A stretch of 64,000 bases of DNA from Candidatus Krumholzibacteriia bacterium (lineage in GTDB: Bacteria > Krumholzibacteriota > Krumholzibacteriia > JAJRXK01), in contig JBGPIA010000014.1 in NCBI GenBank assembly GCA_041484665.1, positions 32,001-96,000 on the forward strand. The letters run 5' to 3'. The notes beneath the pieces are model-generated. The model was not told where the DNA came from. It did no database searches and saw nothing but the letters and a program-made list of their open reading frames with translations. This document shows, one piece after another, positions 20,992 to 30,926 of this stretch (positions are counted from its first letter, which is position 1; every line of letters begins with the position of its first letter). A program made the translations under genes and the position numbers.

Positions 20992-21795
20992 TCAGCTCCC
21001 GAACGTAAAGTCGACCCGAAGCCGCGCATCAGCCGGTACGGTCACTTGCCGCTCGATCGTTCCCAGGATTTCGTGCCATGCCACGAGCGTGTAGACCCCT
21101 GGAGGGACCTCCTGGATGATGTACGCGCCGTCCGTCCCGGTCACGGCCGCGTACGCATTTTCGTGGACGACGATCCACGCGCCCTCCCACGTATGACCGG
21201 CGTCACACCTGACCTGGATGATGCCAGGCATGCGGAGCGTGATGGGCTGCCGCATCCCCTGGGTGGGGAGCGCGCGATTGAAGACGGTCGAGCCATTCAT
21301 CGTGCCGTGGGGGCTGTGCAGCAGTGGATCCAGGTTTCGCAGCTCAAGGGTCACACCCACTGGCAGCACCTGGACGTGGGGCGCAAACTCGCACACCGAG
21401 AGATCCAGCGTGCCCTGCGCTCCGGCTTTCTCGGGGCGGTTCTCGCCGCTTTGAACGCCCACCAGCCTGATCACGACATTGGCTACGGTCCCGTCCTCAC
21501 GCAAAAGCAGCGCCTGGCTGGGGCGCCCACCACTCCCACAAACTGCCTGGTCCTTTGTGATCGCGCGCGCGGCCAGGTGCGGCGCTGTTCCGATCAGACT
21601 CACCGTACCCACGACCGTTGCTCCCACCCCTGGCACGTACAGATCGTGGGTGCCGCTGCACGCGCAGAGCGCGAAGACCATCAACAGGCCTGTGCCAGGC
21701 AGCAGTCGTGCCGCGAGCGGACCTCGGCGCCTCCCGGGCTGTCGAGCGGCGCTCCTGGCGGCTGGCCTGGCAGTGCTGCGTTGCTCCGACGCCAT
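20992..21795 (-). CDS. Putative lipoprotein with cupredoxin-like and carboxypeptidase-regulatory-like domains
   Basis: Lipobox-like LCAC; VANVVI, CEFAPHV, NLDPLLHSPH, CDAGHTW, VPPGVYTLVAWHE; start uncertain. Confidence 0.78.
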   Translation of the reverse strand: MASEQRSTARPAARSAARQPGRRRGPLAARLLPGTGLLMVFALCACSGTHDLYVPGVGATVVGTVSLIGTAPHLAARAITKDQAVCGSGGRPSQALLLREDGTVANVVIRLVGVQSGENRPEKAGAQGTLDLSVCEFAPHVQVLPVGVTLELRNLDPLLHSPHGTMNGSTVFNRALPTQGMRQPITLRMPGIIQVRCDAGHTWEGAWIVVHENAYAAVTGTDGAYIIQEVPPGVYTLVAWHEILGTIERQVTVPADARLRVDFTFGS

Positions 21796-21802
21796 TCCCC
21801 CC

Positions 21803-22402
21803 CTACGCGCCCGCTTCGAGCTGCCAGAAGTCCGGGTAGAGCGTGACGAGCCCTGCCTCGTTCACCTGCAGTTCCCGGGCGAACCGGCCACCCGCGCTCT
21901 CGTAACGATACGTCGCCGCACCGGTGCGCCGGTAGAGCTGCTCGAGGGGTTGCAGCGTGAGACCCGGGAACGTGAGCCAGGCGGCCCGCAGGCTTGCCTC
22001 GTGCCCTACGGCCAGTCCCAGCCTGCGGATCGGTAGCAGGTTGGTCGACGGGCTGAACCCGAGGTCGACATCGATGCAACCCGTCACGTCGGGGCAATCG
22101 CGCCCGTTCAGCCGCCAGCGGCGCGCGGTGTCTACGGACAGCTCGATCTCGTGCGCCGCGCTCCCGATCGACCCGGCGACCCTGCCCGACAGCGTCTGCC
22201 ATTGCGCGTCGCATACCACCAGATAGTCGAGCCGGCACGGCTGCTGTCCGTGCACGAGCACCGCCGTCCCGCTCAGGGTCCAGCGTGCGTCTGCGAACAC
22301 CAGCCGGGCGAACTCGTGGCCAGGCATGTCGAGCCGGCGCCAGAGCACACAGTGGTCGGGCGGGCGCGCTGCGTCTGAGGGCATCGGAACTCGTGCGCCC
22401 AT
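21803..22402 (-). CDS. Putative glycolipid-binding domain protein
   Basis: LWRRLDMPGHE, GCIDVDLGFSPSTNLLPIRRL, LEQLYRR, GLVTLYP. Confidence 0.85.
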   Translation of the reverse strand: MGARVPMPSDAARPPDHCVLWRRLDMPGHEFARLVFADARWTLSGTAVLVHGQQPCRLDYLVVCDAQWQTLSGRVAGSIGSAAHEIELSVDTARRWRLNGRDCPDVTGCIDVDLGFSPSTNLLPIRRLGLAVGHEASLRAAWLTFPGLTLQPLEQLYRRTGAATYRYESAGGRFARELQVNEAGLVTLYPDFWQLEAGA

Positions 22403-22449
22403 GACTTCGTCTCCTCCTCGGCCCGCTTTGCGACGTAGCCCGCGCGATC

Positions 22450-22644
22450 TCAGACCCGGGAGTCCTGCGGGCTGCGGAGGGTACGGATCAGACCCACGAG
22501 TCCGCAACCGAACGCGGCGGCGCCGAAGAACACGAGTACCAAATCCACCGTGCGCAGGTGCGCCGCGGCCCGTTGAGCCGCCAGCAGGCCGACGAGCATC
22601 GGACCGACGAAGACTGCAACACGGCGACGGGGGTGGGTATCCAT
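22450..22644 (-). CDS. Small membrane hypothetical protein
   Basis: 64 aa, two hydrophobic segments, RBS AAGGAG. Confidence 0.55.
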   Translation of the reverse strand: MDTHPRRRVAVFVGPMLVGLLAAQRAAAHLRTVDLVLVFFGAAAFGCGLVGLIRTLRSPQDSRV

Positions 22645-22909
22645 GGATGGCTCCTTGTGGGCCGGGACGATCCGCGGCGGGCCGGGCCGGGCTGGCCAGC
22701 GCGACGCGGGGCCAAAGTATACTTCAGCTACGGCCGGTGCGTTCCACCCGCAGCAAGTCTGCGGGCGGTCCACTCGAGGTATTTCGTGAACGCCTCCGAT
22801 CGTCGTGCGTGGACGCCGCAACAAGCACAGTCACCCGCAGCTCGAGCCCTCGCATCTGCGGCCCCCCCTCGCTCGTGGTGACCCAAGTTCTCGCAGTGAG
22901 TCGAAGCGC

Positions 22910-23350
22910 TCACTCTGACCCTCGCAGTTGCGCCAGGATCTCGATCCCGTTCCACTCGCCCCAGCGCTCCTTGATCTTGCCGCCCTCGAACTGGACAATC
23001 TCGATTCCCTCGAAGCGAATGGTGCGATGGGTGGGCGCGATTCCCAGGAATGCGCCACCATGGGTCCCGGTGGCGGACCAACGGACGGCGACGCGTCCGC
23101 GGCGGGCGTCGATGAGCTGGTCTTTCACCGTGGCACGGAAGTCTGGGAAGGACTGGTACAACCCGCGGACTCCGCGCTTGAAGCCTTGCAAGTCGGGATC
23201 CCGTCCGGCCGGGCTGTGGTCGACGAACCCGGGAGTGTGGAGAGCATCGAATGCCGTAAGGTCCGCGCGCTGCCAGGCCACCTCGATCCATCGGCGCGTC
23301 GCCACCTCCAGCGCGGTCTCCTGTTCAACTGGATCGGTCGAGCCAGGCAT
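22910..23350 (-). CDS. SnoaL-like ester cyclase (NTF2 fold)
   Basis: FVDH..SFPDF..VAVRWSATGTHGGAFLGIAPT..GKIKERW. Confidence 0.9.
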   Translation of the reverse strand: MPGSTDPVEQETALEVATRRWIEVAWQRADLTAFDALHTPGFVDHSPAGRDPDLQGFKRGVRGLYQSFPDFRATVKDQLIDARRGRVAVRWSATGTHGGAFLGIAPTHRTIRFEGIEIVQFEGGKIKERWGEWNGIEILAQLRGSE

Positions 23351-23475
23351 TGGAACACCTCCCCTTACTGGACGCCAGCGCACACGCGATCGGGCGCGCC
23401 TCGCAGAGACCGCAGCGCGCGTCTCCGCGGACAGCATCGCGCGGGTCTGCCCAGAAACCGCCGCGCGCGCTCCGC

Positions 23476-23616
23476 TCAAGGATGGACCACCTCGGGCATC
23501 GTTGCGACCTGTATCAGCCGCCAGCGGTCGTCCACCCGCTCGAGCAACGCCGCCTCGAGCAACGCCAGCGCGATCTCCTGTTGGGTCGTGGTCGAGTCCC
23601 TGGCGAGATGCCGCAT
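23476..23616 (-). pseudogene. Probable C-terminal relic of an NTF2-like protein
   Basis: LLEAALLERVDDRWRLIQVAT resembles the last strands of DUF4440/SnoaL-type proteins. Confidence 0.35.
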
Positions 23617-23641
23617 GCGCGGCGCGGGAGTGCGGTGCGAG

Positions 23642-24019
23642 TCAGCGCAGGCGCCCCCGCAGTGTCAGCAGCAACACGATCTGAAGGATACTGCAGAGGG
23701 TACCGAACGGGAGAAACCACAGCGCGCCGGCCGCCGCCACCAGCATCGCGCCCCAGGCCCACGGCGCCCCGAGCCCAAACGCCACAGCGACCAGCAGCCA
23801 GCCCCAGCCATAGACCGCGAAAATCCCCATCATCAGCGTGCCGCGCGGATCCAGGCCAACTCGCCGGACCAGATGGCGCCACGGCCCCACTTGCCCCGCA
23901 TAGGGGCCCGACCTCGGAGTGATGAAGTCGCCCACGATGAGCGCACGGCTTCCGTCCAACGCCATCCAGCCTGCTTCGACCAGGGTGCACAGCAGGATGA
24001 GGATTCGCGCCCAGTGCAT
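23642..24019 (-). CDS. Hypothetical membrane protein
   Basis: 125 aa, about 4 TM segments, RBS AGGAG. Confidence 0.75.
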   Translation of the reverse strand: MHWARILILLCTLVEAGWMALDGSRALIVGDFITPRSGPYAGQVGPWRHLVRRVGLDPRGTLMMGIFAVYGWGWLLVAVAFGLGAPWAWGAMLVAAAGALWFLPFGTLCSILQIVLLLTLRGRLR

Positions 24020-24170
24020 GGTGGCCCAGCTCCTGACTCTCAGCGGAGTGACGCCGTGCGGATCGCTTCCATCCCTTTAGTGGCCTGCGCTTCCACCGCC
24101 CACTGGAAGCCTCACCAGTTGTCTGCCCAGCCAACCCTGCGCGCCACGCCTGCAGCGGGCCCGACCCGCT

Positions 24171-24571
24171 CTACGCCCCCATCAGCGCGTATCGGTTGCC
24201 GTACGGATCCTCGAAGATCGCCTCGTTGCCCCACGGCTGTTTGACGGGCGGTCTCACGAACTTCACGCCCTTGGCGCTCGGCTCCTTGTAGGTCTCCTGG
24301 AGATGGTCCGCGTGGAAGACCCAAGTGGTTCCCTTGCCCACGTACTGGGCCGTCTCGCGCGCGCGCGCGCCTCACCATGCAATGCCGGCTCGGGCTTCTG
24401 CAGCACGATCCCCATGTTGCTCTATCCGCGCGGTGCCACGACCAGCCACCGAGCTCCGCCGCCGAACGCTGCATCTTGCCGCTTCTCCAGCCCCAGCGTC
24501 TCGGTGAACCAGCGGAGAGCCTCCTTGTGGTCCGGGACCGGGATCGTGACCAGGGTAAGTCTCGTGATCAT
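24171..24571 (-). pseudogene. VOC/glyoxalase pseudogene
   Basis: MITRLTLVTIPV..APRG*SNM (TAG at 24422-24424), +2 frameshift in a (GC)7 run near 24357-24370, then QPWGNEAIFEDPYGNRY. Confidence 0.85.
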
Positions 24572-24955
24572 GGCGTCCTCCTGCGGCGCGCGGGGGACAC
24601 GCCGAGCAGCAAGAATGCGCTGGCACTCGCGCGCCCGTCAATCCACGCGCCCGGGACCGGCGGCCCGCCGGCGCGCGCTCGCCAACGGCCCGACTGCGTG
24701 CGCGCGTCACGCCCCATCCGTGCGCGCGTCACGCCCGGAACGATTCCGGCGCGCTTGCAATCGCCGCAGCCGCCGCCGACAATCGAACCAACCCGCGCGC
24801 GCGCCCGCGCGCGTCCGCCGGCCTGCAGCGCCGGCGCGAGCCCCCTCGCTGCGCAAGGCGACGACGTGACCCACTCGGCCGCCCCGCCCCCTGCCCAGTC
24901 GCCCAATCCGGCGTCCGGGAAGCCCCTGTCTCGGGCATCCTCTGAACCGTCGTCC

Positions 24956-26920
24956 ATGGCGTCCGCCCATCCGTCGTCGCTGCATTCGTCCCCGCCCTCG
25001 ACTCAGCCCTCGGGGTACCCCACCAAGCCACCGGAGAAGCAACCGCTCACGCCAGAGAGGCTGCGCGCGCTCCTACCGGAGGTGTGGGTGCTGGTCAAGC
25101 CGCGCCGGGGGATCCTCGGGCTAGGGATGCTCATTATGGTGGTCAACCGCATCAGCGGCCTGGTGCTGCCCGCCTCCACGAAGTTCCTCATCGACGACGT
25201 CATCGGAAAGCACGACGCGCACCTGCTGGGCCCGCTGGTGCTCGCGGTGATGGCTGCCAGCTCGGTGCAGGCCGTGACCTCGTTTGCGCTGGTTCAGCTC
25301 TTGAGCAAGGCCGCCCAGCGCCTCATCGCCGAGCTGCGCTGCAAGGTCCAGGAGCACATCGGGCGCCTGCCCATCGCCTTCTACGACGCCAACAAGACCG
25401 GTGCGCTGGTCTCGCGCATCATGTCCGATGTGGAGGGGATCCGGAACCTCATCGGCACCGGACTGGTGGAGTTCGCCGGCGGGCTGCTCACGGCGGCACT
25501 GTCGCTGGTGATGCTCCTGCGCATCAACTCGCGCTTGACGCTCCTGGCCTTGGTTGTGCTGCTCGTGTTCAGCTTCGGCCTGCGGAAGGCCTTCGCCATC
25601 ATGCGCCCCATCTTCAAGGAGCGCGGCAAGATCAACGCGGAAATCACCGGACGCCTGAACGAGTCCCTGTCGGCCGTCCGCGTCGTGAAGGGTTACCACG
25701 CCGAGCAGCGCGAGGCGGCGGTCTTCGCCGGCGGCGTGCAGCGGCTGCTCGATAATGTGCTCCGCACGCTCACGGCCACCGGCGTGATGGGTCTCACCTC
25801 CACCCTGCTCGTGGGCAGCGTGAGCGCCGCAGTGATGTTCGTCGGCGCGCGCCAAGTCCTGGTGGGGACGCTGACGCTGGGCGAGTTCATCACGTACACG
25901 GCGTTCCTGGGCTTCCTCATCGCACCGCTGTTCAACGTCGTTGGAATCGGGACGCAGATCGCCGAGGCGCTGGCTGGCCTGGAGCGCACCCGTGAGATCC
26001 TGCGCGAGAAACCCGAGGACCTGGACCCACGCCGCAGCATTGCGCTGGAGACCATCCGCGGCGAGGTGCGCTTCGAGGGCGTCAGCTTCGCGTACGACTC
26101 CAGCAAGACTGTGCTGCACGATCTGTCGTTTGAGGCGCGGCCTGGAACGGTGACGGCGCTGGTGGGGCCGTCCGGCTCGGGGAAGTCGACCATCATCGGC
26201 CTGATCGCCGCGTTCTACACCCCGACCGCCGGTTGCGTGCTCATCGACGGCACCGACCTCTCCGCCGTGCGCCTTCGCGACTACCGCTCGCAGCTGGGCG
26301 TGGTGCTGCAGGATACCTTCCTCTTCGACGGCACGATCCGTCAGAACGTCGCCTTTTCGCGACCGGCAGCCACCGAGGACCAGATCCTGGCTGCTTGCCG
26401 CATCGCCCGCGTCGACGAGTTCGCGGGTGGTTTCAAGGATGGCTACGACACGATCGTCGGCGAGCGCGGAGTAAAACTCTCCGGTGGCCAGAAGCAGCGC
26501 GTCTCCATCGCCCGCGCACTGCTCGCCGATCCGCGGGTGCTGATCCTGGACGAGGCCACCAGCAGCCTCGACTCGGAGTCGGAGGCACAGATCCAGGAGG
26601 GCCTGGCCGAGCTCATGAAGGGCCGAACCACCTTCGTCATCGCGCACCGGCTGTCCACGATCCGCAAGGCCGACCAGATCTTCGTGGTGGAGGATGGACG
26701 CATCGTCGAGCGCGGCACCCACGCGTCGCTGTACGCCAAGGGCGGCCGCTACTACGAGCTCTACACCAAGCAGCATGGACTGGAGTCCAACCTATTCCTC
26801 GCGCCGGGCGAGGGTGGGGATCGCGCCGAGCAGGACACCCGCACCGGCGGCGACGGCGAGCCGCGTCGTGCCGGCGGCGAGCCCAGCGCGCTGGACCTGT
26901 TGCGCCGGCCGCCGGGCTGA
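24956..26920 (+). CDS. ABC exporter, fused permease/ATPase (MsbA/MdlB-like)
   Basis: 6-TM domain; GPSGSGKST, LSGGQKQR, ILDEATSSLD, IAHRLST; alternative GTG start at 24866. Confidence 0.95.
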   Translation: MASAHPSSLHSSPPSTQPSGYPTKPPEKQPLTPERLRALLPEVWVLVKPRRGILGLGMLIMVVNRISGLVLPASTKFLIDDVIGKHDAHLLGPLVLAVMAASSVQAVTSFALVQLLSKAAQRLIAELRCKVQEHIGRLPIAFYDANKTGALVSRIMSDVEGIRNLIGTGLVEFAGGLLTAALSLVMLLRINSRLTLLALVVLLVFSFGLRKAFAIMRPIFKERGKINAEITGRLNESLSAVRVVKGYHAEQREAAVFAGGVQRLLDNVLRTLTATGVMGLTSTLLVGSVSAAVMFVGARQVLVGTLTLGEFITYTAFLGFLIAPLFNVVGIGTQIAEALAGLERTREILREKPEDLDPRRSIALETIRGEVRFEGVSFAYDSSKTVLHDLSFEARPGTVTALVGPSGSGKSTIIGLIAAFYTPTAGCVLIDGTDLSAVRLRDYRSQLGVVLQDTFLFDGTIRQNVAFSRPAATEDQILAACRIARVDEFAGGFKDGYDTIVGERGVKLSGGQKQRVSIARALLADPRVLILDEATSSLDSESEAQIQEGLAELMKGRTTFVIAHRLSTIRKADQIFVVEDGRIVERGTHASLYAKGGRYYELYTKQHGLESNLFLAPGEGGDRAEQDTRTGGDGEPRRAGGEPSALDLLRRPPG

Positions 26921-27099
26921 GACAGGCAGCCGACGGGGCCGCCGACGGGGTTGTCGCCGGGGCGACCGCCGGGGTCGGCGCTTGGGTTGCCGCCGGGGCT
27001 GCCGCCTCGGCCCGGTAAAATCGACCTCGGCCGACTCCCCCAGAAATGGAAAGCTCCTCCCGCCCCGCAGGATTGCGCGCGAACTCGTCGCGGCTGGCG

Positions 27100-27237
27100 A
27101 GCGCCCCGCAGACTCTTGCCATCACGCAGCGCGATCGTATCGGCGAGCGCAGTGTGCGTCGTTACCGCGACACCGAGCGCAGCGGCGATCATCGTCGTCT
27201 TCAAGCCCATGTTGAGCATGCTCGTGCAGATGTTCAT
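27100..27237 (-). pseudogene. N-terminal relic of a secreted protein
   Basis: Strong RBS GGAGGAG; signal peptide then ADTIALRDGKSLRG, after which coding character is lost. Confidence 0.4.
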
Positions 27238-27406
27238 GCTCCTCCCGCGGCAGTGAGGTTCGCGCATCCAGAGCGTTTCCCCGATGGCCGGCCGAGTGCG
27301 TCGCAGTCGAATCTGGTCTCATGGCAGAAGGGGAACAGGTTTTCGCATGTGGCGCTGCCCGGCCACGAGGCGCCGATCCGTCTCCGTTGCGCCCCTGTCT
27401 GTGGCC

Positions 27407-27490
27407 GCGCTGCCCGGGTCAGTTGTCGCGCCGGCGGGGTCCGTCATTACGCTGGCGGGGTCGGTCGCCGCGCCAGCGGGGTCCGTCGCA
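27407..27490. repeat. Four degenerate 21-bp tandem units
   Basis: GCGCTGCCCGGGTCAGTTGTC / GCGCCGGCGGGGTCCGTCATT / ACGCTGGCGGGGTCGGTCGCC / GCGCCAGCGGGGTCCGTCGCA. Confidence 0.65.
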
Positions 27491-27639
27491 TCAACGCCCC
27501 CTTTTGTGGCTGCCGCGTGTCCTCCACGGGGGACATCCGTGGACGGGGCTGTTGCACGGAGTTGACAATTGCCGGCGCCGGCTCGCGTAAGTCGTGGCGC
27601 GGCTGAAGATTCTGGCCGAGGCCGTCTTTGGGGCAGCCG

Positions 27640-27654
27640 TGGCACGCCCGCTGC
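27640..27654 (+). promoter_or_regulatory. Putative sigma-54 promoter
   Basis: TGGCACGCCCGCTGC (TGGCACG-N4-CTGC), 55 nt before ATG 27710. Confidence 0.5.
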
Positions 27655-27709
27655 GATGGGAACGCTCAGCAAGCCGTCGCAGCCTTCACCCCACAAGGAG
27701 GGTCGAGCC

Positions 27710-28375
27710 ATGAGAGCCAAGGGCATCCGCGCTACGAAGACCGCCCTCGCGCTGGCGCTCGGCGCCGCGCTACTGGCCGCCGCGCCGCCGCTCGTTCCCA
27801 CGGCCGCAGCGGACCGTGGCCGCTCGCGTCGGCACGATCGCGGCCACCAGCATGTCACGGTCGCCGCTCCGTACTCCCGTCCAAGCGTGGTCGCACCCGG
27901 CGCCTGGGCTGCCTTGGGCGCGCGGTACGCCCGGCCCGCCGTGATTGCGCGGTACGCCCGGCCCGCCGTGATTGCGCGGTACGGCCGGCCGGCCGTTGTC
28001 GCTCGCTGCGCCCGACCCGTATTCGCGCCGTGTCCCGTGGCCGTCGTGCGGCCGCGCTTCGTCGTGGCTCCGCGCTCCGCGTTCCGCGTAGTCGTCGCAC
28101 CAGAGCGCTCCACATGCCGCGGGTCGTACGCCGACGTTGACTTCGTCGAGGTCGATGGCAGCCGCTACTACTACAACGCAAGCTTCGGCTTCTACCTGGG
28201 AGGCCTCGCGCTGAACGTCCAGGTGAACAGCCGGCCCCCCGACGGCTACGCCTACTATGATCCCTACTGCGGGCGGGAGTTCTCGTCGCTGGACGATTAT
28301 CGCCACCACCTCCACGCCCACAGTCACCCGCAGGCCCTGACGCTGGTGCGGGCGGACTACGCGGACAACGACTGA
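27710..28375 (+). CDS. Secreted hypothetical protein with ARYARPAVI repeats
   Basis: RBS AAGGAGG; signal peptide; 27-nt tandem repeats at about 27917-28010; C-terminal YYDPYC..HHLHAHSHP. Confidence 0.75.
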   Translation: MRAKGIRATKTALALALGAALLAAAPPLVPTAAADRGRSRRHDRGHQHVTVAAPYSRPSVVAPGAWAALGARYARPAVIARYARPAVIARYGRPAVVARCARPVFAPCPVAVVRPRFVVAPRSAFRVVVAPERSTCRGSYADVDFVEVDGSRYYYNASFGFYLGGLALNVQVNSRPPDGYAYYDPYCGREFSSLDDYRHHLHAHSHPQALTLVRADYADND

Positions 28376-28389
28376 GGCGATGCGAGCCG

Positions 28390-28540
28390 ATGATCGGGGC
28401 AGCTGATCGGGGTTCGTGATCGGGACCGGCGTTTCGGGTCGACGTTCCAGGCCGACGATCGGGGTCGACATCCCGGGCCGACGATCGGGGTCGACGATCG
28501 GAACTTGCGATCGAGCCCGGCGAATCCAATCGACGATGGA
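28390..28540. repeat. Degenerate (CGAC)GATCGGG(G) repeat tract
   Basis: GATCGG recurs at least six times; GCCGACGATCGGGGTCGAC occurs twice. Confidence 0.65.
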
Positions 28541-28796
28541 AACCGTAGGAGACCGCAGAGACCTGATGAGCTCGCGGAGTCGTTGTGGAGGAGCTGGGGT
28601 CGAAGACCTCAGGGGTGGAGGAACGGCGCGGCCACCAGGCTGCGCCGGGAGAGCGTGGTGGCAGCCAGGGCCCGGCCGTTGAAGGGACTCGCACCTGGGA
28701 TCTACACCAGGGTCGACACCCCGATGGAAGGACAACACGGCCGGGTCCTGGTTGGTTCGCGCCAGTTCTAGCGGGTTGGATCGGCCGAGCGTCCGC

Positions 28797-30023
28797 CTAC
28801 CGCATCGCGCGGAAAAACGCCCGGATATCCTCCACCAGAAGCTGCGGCTGCTCCTGCGCGGGGAAATGCCCGCCGCGCGGCATGTCCGTCCATCGCGTGA
28901 CGTTGTAGCAGCGCTGCGCCCACTCTCGCGGCACGATCAGGTCCTTCTCACCGGGGAACATCGCGATTCCCGTGGGCACCTCAATGCGCAGACCTGGCCC
29001 CAGTGGGTTCGCGTTTGGGTCGTGCCGCGACTCGTAGTACATACGGATCGATGAGTTGATCGTCCCGGTCACCCAGTACAGCGTGACGTTGGTCAGCAGC
29101 TCGTCCTTCGTGAAGCAGCGCTCCACGTCACCGCCGCAATCGCTCCACGCGCGGAACTTCTCCACGATCCACGCTGCCAGGCCTGCCGGCGAGTCGTTGA
29201 GTCCGTAGGCGAGGGTCTGCGGCCGCGTGCCCTGGATATGGTCGTAACCACCCTCCTCGTCCTCCCAGCGTCGCACGCGTTCGAGATAGTCACGCTCGGC
29301 CGCGCTGAGCTGCTCGGGCTGCGGCACGGGATTGGGCCGCAGCAGGTCCACGGTCCACAGATGGATGCCGGCGACGCGCTCGGGATAGAAGAGCCCCAAC
29401 CTGCTGGTCACGCCCGCGCCGATGTCGCCACCCGACGCACAGAAGCGGCGGTATCCGAGTACCTCGGTCATGAGCTTTGCCCACAGCGCGTGGACGTGCA
29501 CACGGCCGCGGCGCGCTGGCGGCTGCGAGAAGCCGAAGCCGGGCAGCGACGGAACCACCACGTCGAAGGCATCGGCTGGATCGCCGCCGAAGCGTGCCGG
29601 ATCGGCCAGCATCGGCACGATCTTCAGCATCTCGGCGAACGAGCTTGGCCAGCCGTGGGTGAGAATCAGCGGCAAGGGCTGCTGGCCAGCTTCTGGCTGT
29701 CCAGCCGCGCCGCGCTGCCCGGCCGCGCCTGACAACCGGCGGCTGCCTGATCCCGGACCTGCACCCCGCTCGTGGACGAAGTGGATGCGCAGGCCGTCGA
29801 TCTCGGCATGGAACTGCGCGAAGCCGTTGAGCGCGCGCTCCTGCGTGCGCCAGTCGAATCCGGCGCACCAGTACGCGACCAGGTCCTGCATGGAGGCAAG
29901 GCTGGCGCCGTAATCCCAGCCTGCGCCCGCGACCTCATCTGGCCAGCGCGTGCGGGCCAGCCGTTCCCGCAGGTCATCGAGGACCGGCTGGAGCACGTGC
30001 ACCTGGAAGGGATCGATGCGCAT
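28797..30023 (-). CDS. Epoxide hydrolase (EHN domain + alpha/beta hydrolase)
   Basis: LDDLRERLARTRWP, LTHGWP, PSLPGFGFS, GGDIG, LNDSPAGLAAWIVEKF, GGHFPAQEQP. Confidence 0.94.
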   Translation of the reverse strand: MRIDPFQVHVLQPVLDDLRERLARTRWPDEVAGAGWDYGASLASMQDLVAYWCAGFDWRTQERALNGFAQFHAEIDGLRIHFVHERGAGPGSGSRRLSGAAGQRGAAGQPEAGQQPLPLILTHGWPSSFAEMLKIVPMLADPARFGGDPADAFDVVVPSLPGFGFSQPPARRGRVHVHALWAKLMTEVLGYRRFCASGGDIGAGVTSRLGLFYPERVAGIHLWTVDLLRPNPVPQPEQLSAAERDYLERVRRWEDEEGGYDHIQGTRPQTLAYGLNDSPAGLAAWIVEKFRAWSDCGGDVERCFTKDELLTNVTLYWVTGTINSSIRMYYESRHDPNANPLGPGLRIEVPTGIAMFPGEKDLIVPREWAQRCYNVTRWTDMPRGGHFPAQEQPQLLVEDIRAFFRAMR

Positions 30024-30411
30024 AGGGTCGCGGCGTGGGCGCGGGGGGGCCGAGCAGAGCGGGGTGGACGCCGCGCAGAACCAAGCGGCAGTGGTGTCCG
30101 TACCCGCTGGCGCCGCCGGACCGCGGGACCGTCCGTCCATCGCTGCGCCGACGCCAGTGTACGACCCTATTGTACGATGAGCGCGCTGCGACGTCCGCTG
30201 CGGAGTCGGGAGGAGTGCGCGCCGGGGACGGGGGCGGCGTGCCGGAGTGGGAAACGTGGCGCGGCGATGAGCGCGGGACAGGCACGTAGCGGGCAGCACG
30301 GGACAGTCACATTGCGATCAGCACAGGACGCGCAGTTGGCGATAGGCGCGGCGAGGTGTGACGGCAGCGACACCGTGCGCCGCCTTCGGTCGGCCTGACT
30401 GTCAGCTGCGA

Positions 30412-30714
30412 TCAGAGCTGAGCGTCGTAGGTCTCTGGTACGTCCCGCAGCGCGGCCCGGCGCAGAGTATCGAGCAGCTCGTCGAGCTTCAGACACTGCC
30501 GACAGTCGGCTTGCGTCGAGTCGCAGGGGACCCCATCGGCCTGGACCTTGGGGCACCGCGGCTCCCGCACGAAATCGGCCAGCTCGATCATGAAGCGATC
30601 GAGCTTCTGCCGCAGCGCGCTATCGGATACCTCGCGGAGCGTGCGCAGGAGCATCCACTCCTGGGGCGTGACCGCGACGTACTTCAGGCCTTTCTGCATG
30701 ACCTGTCCTTCCAT
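30412..30714 (-). CDS. Small Cys-motif hypothetical protein
   Basis: 100 aa with CPKVQADGVPC-x6-CRQC; GC3-rich codons. Confidence 0.7.
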   Translation of the reverse strand: MEGQVMQKGLKYVAVTPQEWMLLRTLREVSDSALRQKLDRFMIELADFVREPRCPKVQADGVPCDSTQADCRQCLKLDELLDTLRRAALRDVPETYDAQL

Positions 30715-30852
30715 GGTCGAGACAAAACCCGGATCGCGCGCGCGCCAGGCTCCGGCTCAACAAGGGGGTCCAGCTCGAAGGTAGTCATCGGACGGCGCGG
30801 AACCAAGCCGGAGGTTTCCCCAGGATTTCGCGGGAATCTTGAGGGTTTCTCC

Positions 30853-30881
30853 TTGACGGGGGGCCTCTCATAGGATACACT
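30853..30881 (+). promoter_or_regulatory. Sigma-70-type promoter of the HNH gene
   Basis: TTGACG-17 nt-TACACT, 45 nt upstream of ATG 30927. Confidence 0.65.
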
Positions 30882-30926
30882 TGTCTTTACGTTGCACGAC
30901 CTCGCCTCCCAGCTTGGAGTGCAACC

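Noticed and set aside
28538..28585. Hammerhead ribozyme (GAAAC and CTGATGAG nearby)
   Set aside because: The required stems and NUH cleavage triplet could not be formed in the right order
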